This document shows positions 63,076 to 64,000 of a stretch of 64,000 nt of DNA, piece by piece; position 1 is the first letter of the stretch, and each line of letters begins with the position of its first letter. The stretch comes from Limnochordia bacterium (GTDB lineage Bacteria; Bacillota; Limnochordia; DTU080). Position numbers and translations under genes: made by a program. Where the stretch lies: assembly GCA_050951545.1 (NCBI GenBank), contig JBMNJG010000002.1, positions 187,258-251,257 on the forward strand, given 5' to 3'. Under the pieces are notes generated by a model that searched no databases, was not told where the DNA came from, and saw nothing but the letters and a program-made list of their open reading frames with translations.

Positions 63076-64000
63076 TCAGGGGGGGACCGAAATCCTGGCA
63101 ACCCAGATGACGGAACTGATGGCGATTTCTTTCGCATACAGCGTAAGTTTGTACCCACTCAGCAGGGGAGTCTCCCAGGCCAAGTGTTTCGGTGCTGTTG
63201 CTCGGTCGCACCCTGCGGCTGCCGTCACCAAGGAACTCCTCCTCTCGACCGCTAGAGTACTCCCATCCAGCAGATGCAGCACAGGTCTTGGAGAACTCAA
63301 AGCCTGCAAACCAGCCGGTACCGATAGGCGCTGTGAAATCATCATACAGATCCCAGAAATGACGCGTCACGAAGGCAGCCTTTTCTGTGATCGGTCCTGT
63401 AAGCAGCCCTCGCTGCTCATCATGGAGCGCAACCCTGGCTTCAAGCATATGTCTGCCATCCGGCAATCGCCGAGTTTCAATCATCACCTCACCCTCAGCG
63501 GGCAGAGCTGATGCAGAATAGACTGGCGAGCCATCAAACACAATCTCCACGCTCTTGACGGCACTGGGTTCGGCATGCGCGAGAGTGATGCGTGCATCTA
63601 ACAGACCAGTCACCACTGGTTGGTCAGTTGTTCCGAGATCATCGAACTTGACTGTGGGCCAGCTATAGGCCGTCCTTCGGGCATCGGCCTTTGCCTTTTC
63701 ATGTCGCTGTTGAAGTTCTTCGTACAGCGTAATCGGCGCCACCGTAGGTTTCAACTCAAGTTCGACGTGATCAAGCGGGCCAGCCCATTCAGCCAATGCA
63801 CCGTCGGGGTTATTCACCTGGATCTCGCCTGTAATGCTGGCGAATGCCTCGAGTGCATGTGGATTCAGCGAGATGCCTGCTACAACGGGCCGTTCTTTGT
63901 CATCGGTGACAAAGACGTTCTCAAAGGTCACCCCGCCAACTCGCGCAGCGAGTTTCTTGTCCAGGGGATTAGTGATCTCCGACTGGCACTGGAAACACCT
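63076..64000 (-). CDS. 3' part of a large protein (starts beyond window) with the shared C-terminal module; +1 frameshift near 63188
   Basis: Open frame from the window edge; Ig-like segment then FWDLYDDF.AP..GWF...KT..S.GW.Y; continues as HLAWETP in another frame. Confidence 0.6.

Noticed and set aside
1-64000. CRISPR array, tRNA, rRNA
   Set aside because: No regularly spaced repeats or recognisable stable-RNA sequence seen by eye.

Overview
High-GC bacterial chromosomal window, probably from a diderm member of the Firmicutes (Limnochordia-like; inferred from sugar-binding proteins with cleavable rather than lipobox signal peptides, a likely outer-membrane beta-barrel and a Bacillus-type trp operon). 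Carbohydrate-scavenging genes dominate: seven intact and about four broken ABC sugar solute-binding proteins with no permease or ATPase, plus GH84, GH16, beta-helix and BNR proteins, nagA and catabolic oxidoreductases/peptidases. It also carries lhr, a divergent dprA, mscL, a small HD hydrolase, a VapBC-type toxin-antitoxin pair and trpEDCFBA. Mobile DNA with resolvable ends: an ISLre2 element in an SBP gene (9-bp TSD), an IS1634 element nested in another IS1634 (6-bp TSD), a 245-bp MITE of the outer element, and an IS4/IS701-like remnant. Best observations: (1) a complete TRAP-type attenuator ahead of trpE; (2) a duplicated Cys-rich 66-aa module, once alone and once fused, each followed by the same RNA hairpin; (3) an unnamed C-terminal module shared by three secreted proteins; (4) conserved 3'-UTR hairpin families; (5) five genes all broken by +1 frameshifts, possibly assembly errors. 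All calls come from reading the sequence; no searches or folding computations were run.
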